DNA of 64,000 nucleotides from contig CAVWWD010000007.1 in assembly GCA_963758635.1 (NCBI GenBank), positions 224,001 to 288,000 on the forward strand. The letters run 5' to 3'. Positions 30,029 to 40,288 of this stretch are shown here, one piece after another. Position numbers and translations under genes: made by a program. Numbering within the stretch: position 1 is the stretch's first letter; each line of letters begins with the position of its first letter. The notes beneath the pieces are model-generated. The model searched no databases and was not told where the DNA came from. It worked only from the letters and a program-made list of their open reading frames with translations. This DNA comes from an uncultured Candidatus Rokubacteria bacterium (GTDB lineage Bacteria; Methylomirabilota; Methylomirabilia; Rokubacteriales; CSP1-6).

Positions 30029-30679
30029 TTACTGCGGCGGGCGCCTCGGGGCGGCACGGCAGTGCCCTGGCCACGCGGCAGATCCACCGCCGCGGGTCCG
30101 GACGGGGCCGCCCGCACACCTCGGCTTGCCGACGACCTGGACCGTGCTAGCCTGCGGCCCCTCCTCTCCTTCTTCCTCCTCGAATCGGACCTCCGTGCCC
30201 ACCGTGAGCCGATCGTAGTCCTCGTGGAGGACGCTGTTCCGGTGGAAGTAGAGCTCGCGCCCGTCGGGCGCGCGGAGGAACCCGTAGGCCGCTTCGCCGC
30301 CGGGGAACAGGCGAACGATCAGAGCCCGTTCCTCGCCGGCAGTCTTCGTGTCGCCCCGGCGGCGTTCGTTCAGCTCCTGGACCTGCCGGCGAGCCGCCCG
30401 GAATACCCCCAGCACGATGGTGCGCAGGCTCTCGTGCATCTCGCTGTCGCTTGGCTCCCGCTTGACGACGATCGGGCGACGCAGGCCCGCGCCGATCGTC
30501 AGCCGCACGCGGAACCGGCTGCCGTCCCTCTGCGACCGCTGCGGCTGCTCGATGGCGAGGCGGCAGGAGACTAGGCGCGTGCCGTAGCCCTCCAGCCGGG
30601 CAACCTCACGCCGCACCAAGGCCTCGATGTCGGCGTCGGCGACGGTGTTGCGAAACGTGGTCTCGACCTGAGTTTCCAT
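30029..30679 (-). CDS. HPF/RaiA-family ribosome-associated protein fused to a cold-shock domain
   Basis: TTFRN..LVSCRLAIE..RVRL..ARRQV (HPF), then YGFLRAPDGRELYFHRNSV..GPQASTV (CSD). Confidence 0.88.
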   Translation of the reverse strand: METQVETTFRNTVADADIEALVRREVARLEGYGTRLVSCRLAIEQPQRSQRDGSRFRVRLTIGAGLRRPIVVKREPSDSEMHESLRTIVLGVFRAARRQVQELNERRRGDTKTAGEERALIVRLFPGGEAAYGFLRAPDGRELYFHRNSVLHEDYDRLTVGTEVRFEEEEGEEGPQASTVQVVGKPRCAGGPVRTRGGGSAAWPGHCRAAPRRPPQ

Positions 30680-30692
30680 GTGAGCCGACGGC

Positions 30693-30708
30693 AGCATCCC
30701 CCATGCCA
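30693..30708 (-). promoter_or_regulatory. sigma54 (-24/-12) promoter for the HPF-CSD/baeRF operon
   Basis: TGGCAT-GGGGG-ATGCT (GG-N10-GC), 13 nt upstream of the ATG. Confidence 0.6.
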
Positions 30709-30882
30709 ATGGCGTGAGCGTTCCCATGGAGGCTCGGAAGCACACCCAACGGCCGGAGGCGGGAGTGAAAAGTGAGCCCGTCGGGTAGCGAGCACCCGGC
30801 AATCGCTACGCAGGCTGGCCCGACGGCGATTCGCGCTCACATCGGTCCCCGCCGCGGCACGGCGCGCACGACAACGTCCTAG

Positions 30883-30898
30883 TGGCACACCGTTTGCT
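30883..30898 (+). promoter_or_regulatory. sigma54 promoter
   Basis: TGGCAC-ACCGT-TTGCT, a full consensus match, 13 nt before ATG 30912. Confidence 0.75.
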
Positions 30899-30911
30899 CC
30901 GGGGCGTGTCC

Positions 30912-31355
30912 ATGGACAAGCGGAAATCGGACGAGAGCAATGGGAAGCGTCGCACTCAGGACACGCGTGGCGTACCACGTCGGCAAGTCTCCGTGACACG
31001 TCTTGCGCGCGCCCGCACGACGGGGCCCGCCGGCATCTCGAACCATCCCCTCGACGAGGAGATCGAGCGTCAGGATCGACTGCCCGCACGCGGGCGGCGC
31101 AGGGCCGCTCGTGGCACGGTGCGGCCACTCGAGCCGCTGCCGTCGCGGCGCCGTGGCCGCGAAGGCAATCCTGACGCGGCGGCGGCCTCGTCGAGGGCGG
31201 ATCGGACGCCGGGCGCGGGATCGCCGAGCGCCGGCTACGGGCGCGAGGCGGGGGCCTCTTCCGCCGATCCGGAGTACACGAAGTCGACTGCGGCTCCGGG
31301 CGCGCAAGCGCCATCGCGAAAGGTCAATCGACGGCGAACCTCCCCTTCACGCTGA
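30912..31355 (+). CDS. Basic, probably disordered hypothetical protein
   Basis: Directly follows the sigma54 motif; core GISNHPLDEEIERQDRLPARG; 3' end uncertain. Confidence 0.5.
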   Translation: MDKRKSDESNGKRRTQDTRGVPRRQVSVTRLARARTTGPAGISNHPLDEEIERQDRLPARGRRRAARGTVRPLEPLPSRRRGREGNPDAAAASSRADRTPGAGSPSAGYGREAGASSADPEYTKSTAAPGAQAPSRKVNRRRTSPSR

Positions 31356-31409
31356 TCGCCCGTGTTGAACAGGGGCCTCCAGGACGGGCCGGACCCAAGA
31401 GGGTGACCG

Positions 31410-31799
31410 ATGGCGCCGAAAGAGCTTGCTGGCGTGCATGTCCTGGTCGTTGAAGACACCGACGACTCACGCGAACTGCTTCGGGTCACGCTGGAATATT
31501 GCGGGGCGCTTGTGACGACGGCCGCGTCCGCCGAGGAAGCCAAACGAGTTCTCTCGACGCTTCGCCCGCATGTCGTGGTGAGCGACATTTCGATGCCCGA
31601 TGACGGGGTGGAATTGATTCGTGAAGTGAAGACGGTGACGGAGACGAGGGGGCTTCGGATTCCTGCCATTGCTATCACCGCCCACCATGGCCTTCGTGAG
31701 CAGCTTCTCAGCGAGGGATTCGTGGAGCTGGTGGAGAAGCCTCTGGACCCGATTGCACTCTGTGGGACCATCCGCCGAGACGTGAACATCCAGGTGTAG
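31410..31799 (+). CDS. Single-domain response regulator
   Basis: VLVVED..DSRELL, SDISMP, AITA, KP. Confidence 0.9.
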   Translation: MAPKELAGVHVLVVEDTDDSRELLRVTLEYCGALVTTAASAEEAKRVLSTLRPHVVVSDISMPDDGVELIREVKTVTETRGLRIPAIAITAHHGLREQLLSEGFVELVEKPLDPIALCGTIRRDVNIQV

Positions 31800-31827
31800 C
31801 CGAAGCCGGCGCCCATGTCTGCGCGGT

Positions 31828-32639
31828 TTACGGCCGATTCGCGATCCCGACGTAGCCGTCTCTCCAGGGGATGGGCCCGCCAGGCCTATGGCAAGAACGT
31901 GGGCGTGCCGCCCCCGAAGGGATCAGTGCGGCGCCAGGGAGCGCGGCCACTCGACGGTAGCCTGCAACGCCCGGCGACCAATGAACGAGCGCCGGGTCGT
32001 CACCGTCGGGGAGGCCGGCGGCTCGTCTGACCGTCTCTCGCCAGTCCGCCACCCTGGCTAGATGCAGCGGCCATGGCGCGTGGTCGACCGCTGCCGTCAC
32101 AACTCGGCCAAGCCACCGTGTGTACAAGCGGTAGCGCTCGGTCAGGAATAGCGCGAGATCGTCCGGCTCGAAGAGCCGCGGCCCGACCTCGAGGGTGATC
32201 GCCGCCTCGGCGCCACCGCGGGCGCTTTCGTAGCGCACGAACCGACCGTCCGAAGAGAGCTTCATCGTGGACCAGAATAGGGCAACCCATACGAGAGACG
32301 CGCCCCCACAACTGCCAGCCAACTCGCCGCGTCGAGCGAGAAGAACCAGATACCGGGACCCGCTGGCCCGCAGACGTACGTGCGTAGATTCATCTCGGGG
32401 AAGTCCGAGAGCCCGGGCACCGCCGAAAGCCATGGGGACCGGAGACCGGTCAGCTGGAATGGCGTCAGGCCAACCCAGGCCGTGTCGTCGAACGTATCGA
32501 TCGTCAGGCCCCGCGGAAGCCGCGCTTGAAGTACCCCGGCGTCGCAAGGCCAGTGCAGGAACGCGATCCTACTCCAGCCCTGAAACATCGCGGGGTGGTG
32601 GATGGGATCAGGACGCGGCGGCACGAATCGAGGTCTCAC
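31828..32639 (-). CDS. YqjF/DUF2071-family protein; frameshifted, 3' end uncertain
   Basis: MFQGW..FLHW, WVGLTPF, EMNLRTYV, GIWFFSLDA, FLTERYRLY, HAPWPL. Confidence 0.8.
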
Positions 32640-32724
32640 CGCGTCCTCGACGCTGCAACGGGAGCATGACTGAAATATCGCCTGCGTCGGCGCGCGCGTC
32701 GAGAACGACGAACGGCCCGTGCGA

Positions 32725-32934
32725 TCAAGAGCCGCGCTTGCGCGCGTTCTTCAATCCGGACCATGCGTAACGGATGGCGTCGAGATCGGCCTGAAGCTGG
32801 CCGATCCTCAGGAGCTGAATGTCGAGTTCGTGATGGTGCTGGGCGATGACTTTTTCGAGATGCGCGACCCGCCGCTCCAGGTCGACGATGCGCCGGCGGG
32901 TACGGGCTGGCGTCGGTTCACCGAGTCTCGCCAT
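32725..32934 (-). CDS. Small coiled-coil hypothetical protein
   Basis: Heptad pattern IVDLERRVAHLE..LDIQLLRIGQLQADLD. Confidence 0.5.
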   Translation of the reverse strand: MARLGEPTPARTRRRIVDLERRVAHLEKVIAQHHHELDIQLLRIGQLQADLDAIRYAWSGLKNARKRGS

Positions 32935-33136
32935 GGCAGCCGGGAGCATAGCCCCGGGCCGCATCCATAGACAAGGGAGTATCGGCGTGCTCGATGACTG
33001 GCGCGGTTCGGCCCTCTAGAAGGTGCGGCAGGCGCCGCGCAAGCCCGCACTCGCTTGCCCACTGAGAGGCGAGGGGGGGCTCCTGCAAGCCGGCGCTAGG
33101 GCCGGCCCTCCCACTGGGGCGTCGGCTTCGTGGCGA

Positions 33137-33298
33137 TTACGCGCCCGCAGCGCCCTTCCCGTTCGGGGTCTTGGACGGGGTACGCGCGGCCTTCGCCTTC
33201 TTATCGGCGCTCCGATTCACGCCCGCCCGTTCACCACCGACCGTTGGCGGCCGTTTCTTGGCTTCCTGTTTCCGCGCCTTGCTCCGTGGCATCGCCAT
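33137..33298 (-). CDS. Small Lys/Arg-rich protein (53 aa)
   Basis: AAGGGAG RBS; MAMPRSKARKQEAKKRPP...; upstream sigma54-like motif. Confidence 0.5.
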   Translation of the reverse strand: MAMPRSKARKQEAKKRPPTVGGERAGVNRSADKKAKAARTPSKTPNGKGAAGA

Positions 33299-33427
33299 GG
33301 CGACTCCCTTTGCTCCCAGGGCCGTGAAGATCTCCCTCGAGGGTAGAAAAGGCTCTGTAATTCCGGCCATAGAGCTGGGCCCGAGAGAGCCTCTGTCCTA
33401 CGCATTCCGCCCGCATCCAGCGAGTCC

Positions 33428-33460
33428 AGCAAAAGACGGGCCCAAGGCACAGGCCTTGCT
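33428..33460. promoter_or_regulatory. Back-to-back sigma54 promoters
   Basis: Minus: GGGCCC-GTCTT-TTGCT (33443-33428). Plus: AGGCAC-AGGCC-TTGCT (33445-33460). Confidence 0.6.
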
Positions 33461-33519
33461 CTGCCACGACCCGTCGACGTATCGCCGGCCGCGTAGCCGG
33501 GCAAAGAAAGGGGTCGGTC

Positions 33520-34120
33520 ATGGAAGTGAACAACGACAAGGTGCGAGAGCTGCTCTACGAGGCGCTCGAAACGGAGCTGCGGCGGATCAAGGTCTACGAG
33601 ACCGCGCTCAAGTGTGTGGTGAACGAGGACCTCAAGGGGGAGTGGGAGGAGTACCTCGAGCAGACCCGGCGGCACGAGACGATCATGCTCCGCGTCTGCG
33701 AGGCGTTCGGCCTCGACCCGGACGCCATGACGCCCGGCCGCAAGGTCGTGCACCACATCGGGGCATCGCTGGTGAAGGCCATGGAGATGGCCCTAGCGGC
33801 GGGCGAGCCCGAGGCCGCGGAGGTGGTGGCGTGCGAGTGCGTCACCCTGGCCGAGACCAAGGACCATCTGAACTGGGAACTCATGTCCGAGGTCGCCAAG
33901 AAGCTCCGTGGGGAGGAGGGAAAGGTGCTCAAGGAGGCCTTCGCCGAGGTGGAAGAGGAAGAGGACGAACACCTCTACCACACGCAGGGTTGGACCCGAG
34001 AGCTCTGGATCGCCGGCCTCGGGATGCCGGCGGTGCTCCCGCCCCCGGAAGAGGAGAAGGACGTGAAGACGGCCATTGGCGCCGCGCGCGCCAAGAAGCG
34101 CCCGGAAGGAAATGCTGTAG
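33520..34120 (+). CDS. Ferritin-like (DUF892/YciF-related) stress protein; likely true end ...ARKEML at 34120 via a 1-nt indel
   Basis: ExxH pairs (EQTRRHE, ETKDH, EEDEH); helical bundle. Confidence 0.8.
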
Positions 34121-34150
34121 CCGAGGCAGCGGGGGCGGAGGGGAGCGGTC

Positions 34151-34264
34151 ATGGACGGGCCCCTGCCAAGATTCCGCAGTGCCGGGTTTGTCGACCCGCT
34201 CCTCCTCGCCCTCTTTGACGTTGTGGTCATTGGCTTCGCCCTCTGGGCGGGGTTCGGGAAGTAG
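34151..34264 (+). CDS. 37-aa single-TM small protein
   Basis: GGAG RBS; MDGPLPRFRSAGFVDPLLLALFDVVVIGFALWAGFGK. Confidence 0.45.
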   Translation: MDGPLPRFRSAGFVDPLLLALFDVVVIGFALWAGFGK

Positions 34265-34644
34265 TGGGGTCCGCGACGAGAGGCGACGACGTTGGGGCGG
34301 CGAAGTGTCGGCGACGAGGACGCGCCAGATGGGGCCATGAGGACGCCTCAGGAAGCGCACCAACCCGACAGCGTGGCGCCGTGACAGCCTCCAAACGGCC
34401 CGCCGTCGTGTTTGAGTCGTCGCACCTGCCGCTAGGGCGCTCGTGGGCGATGGCGACAGTGGCCGTCGCGGCGGCTGGCCGTGGTAACGGCGTGAGGACG
34501 CGCGCGTCGAGCGTCCGCGGCCGTCTCGGAGCGGGCTAGGCGCTGCTGGCTGGCGGCCGGTCTCCGTCCCTGCGCCGATTGGCCGCGAGCTGGGATTCCA
34601 CCAACCAGAGCGTATAGCAGGGTTGGTGGGCGTAGACTACCGCC

Positions 34645-36031
34645 ATGCCCGAGACCGAGCGTCCGACGCTGTCCGGGATCGGCGTCCTGCTCGCCTCGGG
34701 CGGGGCGGCGGACGCGACAGCGCCGCCGCGTCGCCGCAGCGCGGTCGAGCGGCTCTTCGCGCGCGACGAGCGGCTCTTCGCCTTCCTCCTCGCCGTCGTC
34801 ATGGTCGGCGGCCTCGCCACCCTCGGTCTCGCCCCGCTCCGTCCGCGCTTCCAGATCGACGTGTACTCGGTGGTGCTGTGGTTCGCCCTGTACAAGGCGG
34901 GCATCCTCGCCCTCGTCACCGTCAACCCGCGCGGCACGCGCACGATCTTCGTCGGCGCGCTCGCCGTGGACATGATGCTGGTGTTCGCGCTCCTCTACCT
35001 CACGGGCGGCGGCGACAGCCCGTACGTGAACCTCTTCTACCCCCTGGTCGCGATCAACGCGTACTACTTCGGCCGCTGGGTCGGGCTGCTCCTGACGCGT
35101 CCTCGGACCCGGGCTCCTGTACTGGCTCGCCGCCTGGATGGCCCCGCCCGAGGCGGCGTGGACCGCCGTGGTCATCCTGATGGGGCAGGTGGGGCTGCCC
35201 GCCTTCGCGCTCGGACACGTCGCCGACCGCGAGCGCCGCGCTCGCGTGGAGGTGGAGCGGCTGAACGCCGGCCTCACCGAGACGCTGACGCGCCTCCAGG
35301 CCGCGCAGCAGGAGCTGGTGGTGGCCGAGCGCATGGCCACGGTGGGCCGCCTCTCGCTCAAGGTGGCGCACGAGGTGCGCAACCCCATCGCGGCGATCGA
35401 GCTGAACGCGGAGATCCTCGGCGACATCGTGCGCGACCGTCCCGAGCCGGAGATGCACGAGGCGGCCGGACTCGTCACGGCCATTCGCGAGCAGGTCGTC
35501 GCCCTCGACGCGCTCACCGAGGAGTACCTGGCCTTCGCACGGTTCCCGCGCCCCCAGTTCGAGGAGGACTCGGTCAACGAGATGGTGGCGTCGGCGGTGG
35601 AGTTCGTGCGGCCCCTGGCGACCCGCCAGGGCATCAACGTGCATCTCAGCATCGATCCCGCGGTTCCGCCCATGGCGATCGACCGCTCGCTGCTCCGGCA
35701 GGCCATCTTGAACCTGGTGAAGAACGGCCAGGAGGCGCTGTCGCAGGGCGGCACCCTCACGATCAGCACCATGTGCTCGGGCGACACCGTCGAGATCACG
35801 GTGAGCGACACCGGCCCGGGCATCACGCCCGAGGTGGGCCGGCGGCTCTTCGAGCAGTTCTTCACCACGAAGCCGCAGGGCACGGGGCTCGGGCTTTCCA
35901 TCACGCGGCAGATCGTCGAGGAGCACGGCGGTCAGCTCCGGTGGAGCAGCACGCCGGGCGCGGGGGCGACGTTCACGCTCGTGCTGCCGGTCAAGCGCGC
36001 GGACACGACGGCGGAGCCGACCAATGGCTGA
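34645..36031 (+). CDS. Membrane sensor histidine kinase (PilS/NtrB-like); frameshift ~35100
   Basis: TM region, [31 protein letters not shown]. Confidence 0.88.
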
Positions 36032-37485
36032 GACCGCGACGCTCCTCGTGGCCGACGACGATCCCGCCGTGCGCCAGAGCCTCGAGCGCACGCTGGAGCG
36101 CGAGGGCTACACCGTGGTGCTCGCGCCGGACGGGCACGCCGCGATCGACCGGTTGCGCGGTGGCGGCATCGACCTCGTGCTCTCCGACCTGAGGATGCCC
36201 GGCCTCAACGGCCTCGAGCTGCTCCGCGAGGTCAAGACGATCAGCCCCGACCTCGACGTGATCATGCTCACGGCCTTCGGGACGGTGGAGGAAGCCGTCC
36301 GGGCGATGAAGGACGGCGCGGTGGACTTCCTCACGAAGCCGTTCCAGCGCGCCCAGCTCGTGCGCGTCATCCGGAAGGCGCTGGAGCGGCGTGCGCTCAT
36401 CCAGGAGAACAAGGCGCTGCAGCAGCGGCTGGACGCCCTCCTCGCGCAGGGCGCGGCCATCGGCGTGAGCCCCGCGTGGCGGCGCATGATGACCCTGGTG
36501 ACCCAGGTCGCGAACAGCTCGGCCACCGTGCTGATCCACGGCGAGAGCGGCACGGGCAAGGAGCTCATCGCCCGGTCCATCCACGAGGGGTCGCCGCGCC
36601 GGGCCGGGCCCTTCGTGGCCGTGAACTGCGCGGCGCTGCCCGAGACCCTCCTCGAGTCGGAGCTCTTCGGCTACGAGAAGGGCGCGTTCACCGGCGCGGG
36701 CGCGCCGCAAGGAAGGCCGCTTCGAGCTGGCCGACGGGGGCACGCTGTTCCTCGACGAGGTCGCCGACCTCTCGCCCGTCACCCAGCCGAAGATCCTCCG
36801 CGTGCTCCAGGAGGGCGAGTTCGAGCGCGTGGGCGCCACGCGCACGATCCGGGTCGACGTCCGGATCGTGACCGCGAGCAACCAGGACCTCGCCACGCTG
36901 GTCCGCGAGAAGCGGTTCCGCGAGGACCTCTTCTATCGCCTCAACGTGATCCGCGTCGAGGTGCCGCCGCTCCGCGAGCGCCGCGAGGACGTGGCCGTGC
37001 TCGCCCAGCACTTCCTGCGCGTGTACGCGGCCAAGAACAACCGGCCGCTCGAGGGCGTCAGCGACGACGCCATCCGGTGCCTGGAGGCGTACGGCTGGCC
37101 CGGCAACGTGCGGGAGCTGGAGAACGTGCTCGAGCGGGCGGTGGTCCTCGCGCGCGGCACCACGGTGGACGTGGCCGACCTGCCCGACAACATCGGCGAG
37201 CGCTCCGTGATGCTCGAGCGCGATCACGGCGCCGCGGGCGATCCCGCGGCCGGCGATCCCGGCGGGGAGGGAGGCGCGGTCGGCGACGGGTACTTCAAGA
37301 TCCGCGTCGGCGCCACCCTCGCCGAGGTCGAGCAGCGCATGCTCGAGGAGACGCTGCGCCTCACGAAGGGCAACAAGACGCTCGCGGCCAAGGTCCTCGG
37401 CATCGATCCCAAGACGGTGTTCCGGAAGCTCAAGGCCGGCGAGACGGAGGACGTGGGGCCGGGCGACGGAGGGGATCGCGCGTGA
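36024..37485 (+). CDS. sigma54-dependent response regulator (NtrC family); frameshift ~36705
   Basis: REC domain, [37 protein letters not shown], Fis-type HTH. Confidence 0.92.
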
Positions 37486-38363
37486 GCCGCGCCCGCTTCA
37501 CCGAGGTCCTCTACGACGTGGCGGACGGCGTCCTCACCCTCACGCTGAACCGGCCGGAGAAGCTCAACGCGCTCAGCGCCACCATGCTCGGCGAGCTCCG
37601 CGAGGCCCTCGAGGCCGCCGACGCCGACGACGGCGTGCGCGCCATCGTGGTGACCGGCGCCGGCCGCGCCTTCTGCGCGGGCGCGGACCTCTCGCGCGGC
37701 GCCCGCACCTTCGACGTGGACGCCCGGGCCGCCGAGCGCGGCACGCCGCGGACCGAGCCGCACCGGGACGGCGGCGGCCTCGTGACCCTGCGCATCTACG
37801 AGATGAAGAAGCCGCTGATCGCCGCCATCAACGGCCCTGCGGTCGGGTTCGGCATCACGATGACGCTGCCCATGGACATCCGCCTCGCCTCGTCGGCGGC
37901 GCGGATCGGCTTCGTGTTCAGCCGGAGGGGCGTGGTGCCGGAAGCGTGCAGCACGTGGTTCCTGCCCCGGCTCGTCGGCATGGCGCGCGCCGCCGAGTGG
38001 GTCTACTCGGGCCGCGTGTTCTCCGCGGAGGAGGCCCTGGCCGGCGGCCTCGTGAGCCGCGTGCTGCCCCCCGCCGACCTCCTGCCCGCGGCGCGCGAGC
38101 TCGCGCTCGAGATCGCGCGGAACACGTCGGCGGTGTCGGTGGCGCTATCCCGCCAGCTCATGTGGACGATGCTCGGCGCCGACCATCCGATGGAGGCCCA
38201 CCGGCTCGACTCGCGGTGCATGGAGTACATGGGGCGCTCGCCCGACGCCGCCGAGGGTGTCAGCGCGTTCCTCGCCAAGCGCCCGGCGCGCTTCTCGATG
38301 CGGCCGAGCGCCGACATGCCGCCCTTCTACCCCTGGGGGACGACCCACCCGTTCACGTCTTGA
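37482..38363 (+). CDS. Enoyl-CoA hydratase/crotonase family protein
   Basis: [26 protein letters not shown]. Confidence 0.9.
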   Translation: MSRARFTEVLYDVADGVLTLTLNRPEKLNALSATMLGELREALEAADADDGVRAIVVTGAGRAFCAGADLSRGARTFDVDARAAERGTPRTEPHRDGGGLVTLRIYEMKKPLIAAINGPAVGFGITMTLPMDIRLASSAARIGFVFSRRGVVPEACSTWFLPRLVGMARAAEWVYSGRVFSAEEALAGGLVSRVLPPADLLPAARELALEIARNTSAVSVALSRQLMWTMLGADHPMEAHRLDSRCMEYMGRSPDAAEGVSAFLAKRPARFSMRPSADMPPFYPWGTTHPFTS

Positions 38364-39502
38364 GCGGCACGACGCTGCTCTGCCTGATGTCGCTGGTGAC
38401 GTGCTTCGGCATCGGCGCCTTCAGCCCGCTGCTGCCCGAGATCGCGCGCGCCGCCGTCCTCGCCGACTGGCAGATCGGCGTGGTGGCCGGCGCCTTCGGC
38501 TTCGCGCGGATGGCCACCGCGCTTCCCACGGGCTGGCTCGCCGGCCATCGCCTCGGCACCACGCTGGCCGCCGCGCCCGTGCTGCTGGCGGTCGGCGTGC
38601 TCCTGCTCGCGGTGGCGTCCTCGTTCCCCGCGCTGGTGCTGGGGCGTCTCCTGCTGGGCTTCGCCCACACCCTGGGCACCATCGGCGGGCTCACCGCGAT
38701 CCTCCTGGACGAGGGTGGGGCCGGCGCGTCGATGCGGCTCAACGTGTTCGAGTTCTCCGCGATGATCGGCGTGCTGGGCGGCCTCGGGCTGGTGGGGCTC
38801 CTGCCCGCGGGCCTCGGGTGGAACCTCTCGCTGGCCATCGCGTCCTCGCCGCTGATCGTGGGCCTCGTGCTGGCGCCCGGTCTTCGCCGCCGCTTCCCCG
38901 ATGCCGCCCGCGCCGCGAAGGGGGACACGCCGCGCGATCAGGGCGCCGTCAGATCCGATCCGATGACCCCGCTGGTGTGGACGATGTTCCTTGCCGGCAT
39001 CATCCTCGCCCTGGCCTGGTCCTCGGTGAGCCAGTTCCTGGTCCCGCTCCGGGGAACGCGAGAGTTCGCGCTCGACCGCGGAGGCGTCTCCGGCCTGCTC
39101 ATGCTCGGGCAGTTCGTGGACCTCGTGGCGCTGCTGCCCGTGGGGTGGGCCGCGGACCGGCTGGGGCGCACGCTCGTGCTGGGCGTGGTCGTCGTGGTGC
39201 TCGGCCTCGCCACGCTCGGCGTGGGGCTCGGGGCGTTCCCGTGGTTCGTGGCGGGCTGCGCCGGCTTCGGCATCGGCATGGCGGGCTGGATGCTGCCGCT
39301 GGGCGTGATCCGGGAGCACACGCGGCGCGAGGGACTGGCGTGGCGGACGGGCCTCTACCGGGTGGGCGTGGACGCCGCGATGTTCGTCGGCCCGTTCGCG
39401 AGCGGGCTGCTCGGGGAGGCGGGCGCCGGGACGTTCGTGGCCGCCGTCGGCGTGCTCGCCCTGATCATCGGCGGCCACCTCGTGTGGCCGAACGTTCGCT
39501 GA
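38360..39502 (+). CDS. MFS transporter
   Basis: About 12 hydrophobic segments, GWAADRLGR motif A; TTG start overlaps the upstream stop. Confidence 0.85.
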   Translation: MSGTTLLCLMSLVTCFGIGAFSPLLPEIARAAVLADWQIGVVAGAFGFARMATALPTGWLAGHRLGTTLAAAPVLLAVGVLLLAVASSFPALVLGRLLLGFAHTLGTIGGLTAILLDEGGAGASMRLNVFEFSAMIGVLGGLGLVGLLPAGLGWNLSLAIASSPLIVGLVLAPGLRRRFPDAARAAKGDTPRDQGAVRSDPMTPLVWTMFLAGIILALAWSSVSQFLVPLRGTREFALDRGGVSGLLMLGQFVDLVALLPVGWAADRLGRTLVLGVVVVVLGLATLGVGLGAFPWFVAGCAGFGIGMAGWMLPLGVIREHTRREGLAWRTGLYRVGVDAAMFVGPFASGLLGEAGAGTFVAAVGVLALIIGGHLVWPNVR

Positions 39503-39514
39503 GCCCTTGGGTAG

Positions 39515-39937
39515 GTGAACCCCACGCAGTCCGAGGCGCTCACCATGGTGTGCGCGCAGGTGATGGGCAACGACGTGGCGATCGGGATCGGCGGCGCGGG
39601 CGGGCACTTCGCGCTGAACACCTACCGGCCGCTCATCGCCCACAACCTGCTCGGGTCGGTGCGCCTGCTCGCCGACGGCTGCCGGTCGTTCACCGAGCAC
39701 TGCGTGAAGGGGATCGAGCCGGACCGCGCGCGCATCCGGGAGCTCGTGGAGCGCTCGCTGATGCTGGTCACCGCGCTGGCGCCGCGCATCGGGTACGACC
39801 GGGCCGCGGAGATCGCCAAGCGCGCGCAGCGCACGGGCACGACGCTCCGCGAGGCGGCGCTCGCCCTGGGCTACGTCAGCGCGGAGGAGTTCGACCGCCT
39901 GGTGCGGCCGGAGGACATGCTGGGGCCGCCCTCGTGA
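39515..39937 (+). pseudogene. fumC: Class II fumarase, C-terminal third only
   Basis: [35 protein letters not shown]-terminal domains and SSIMPGK loop absent. Confidence 0.75.
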
Positions 39938-39994
39938 GCGGGGGCCCCGGGGGCGGAGCCGGGACGGCCCCTGCCGCGTCGAGCGGACCGACCC

Positions 39995-40180
39995 TCAGCT
40001 CTTGAAGTCGACCGTCTTGTGGGTGCCGTCGCAGTACGGCTTGTTCGCCGAGCTGCCGCACCGGCAGAGGAAGGTCTTGTCGCCCTTGCTCGGCAGCGTG
40101 TTGCCCTGCGCGTCGATCACCTGGCACTCCCCATCCACCATCAGGGGACCGTTCTCGATCGCTTTCACCGTCACGGCCAT
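39995..40180 (-). CDS. CDGSH iron-sulfur domain protein
   Basis: NGPL..LCRCGSSANKPYCDGTH; AAGGAG RBS. Confidence 0.9.
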   Translation of the reverse strand: MAVTVKAIENGPLMVDGECQVIDAQGNTLPSKGDKTFLCRCGSSANKPYCDGTHKTVDFKS

Positions 40181-40288
40181 GGTCGTCGTCTCCTTGTCGT
40201 CGAGGTGGGCGCCGCGCGAGCGGCATGACGCTCGCGCAGTATACGGTCTGGCCCGATCGGTGAAAAGGGCGTCTGCTATCATCGCCGC

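Noticed and set aside
36024..38363. 779-aa response regulator-crotonase fusion in the ORF track
   Set aside because: Artefact of the frameshift at ~36705. The crotonase has its own GTG overlapping the regulator stop
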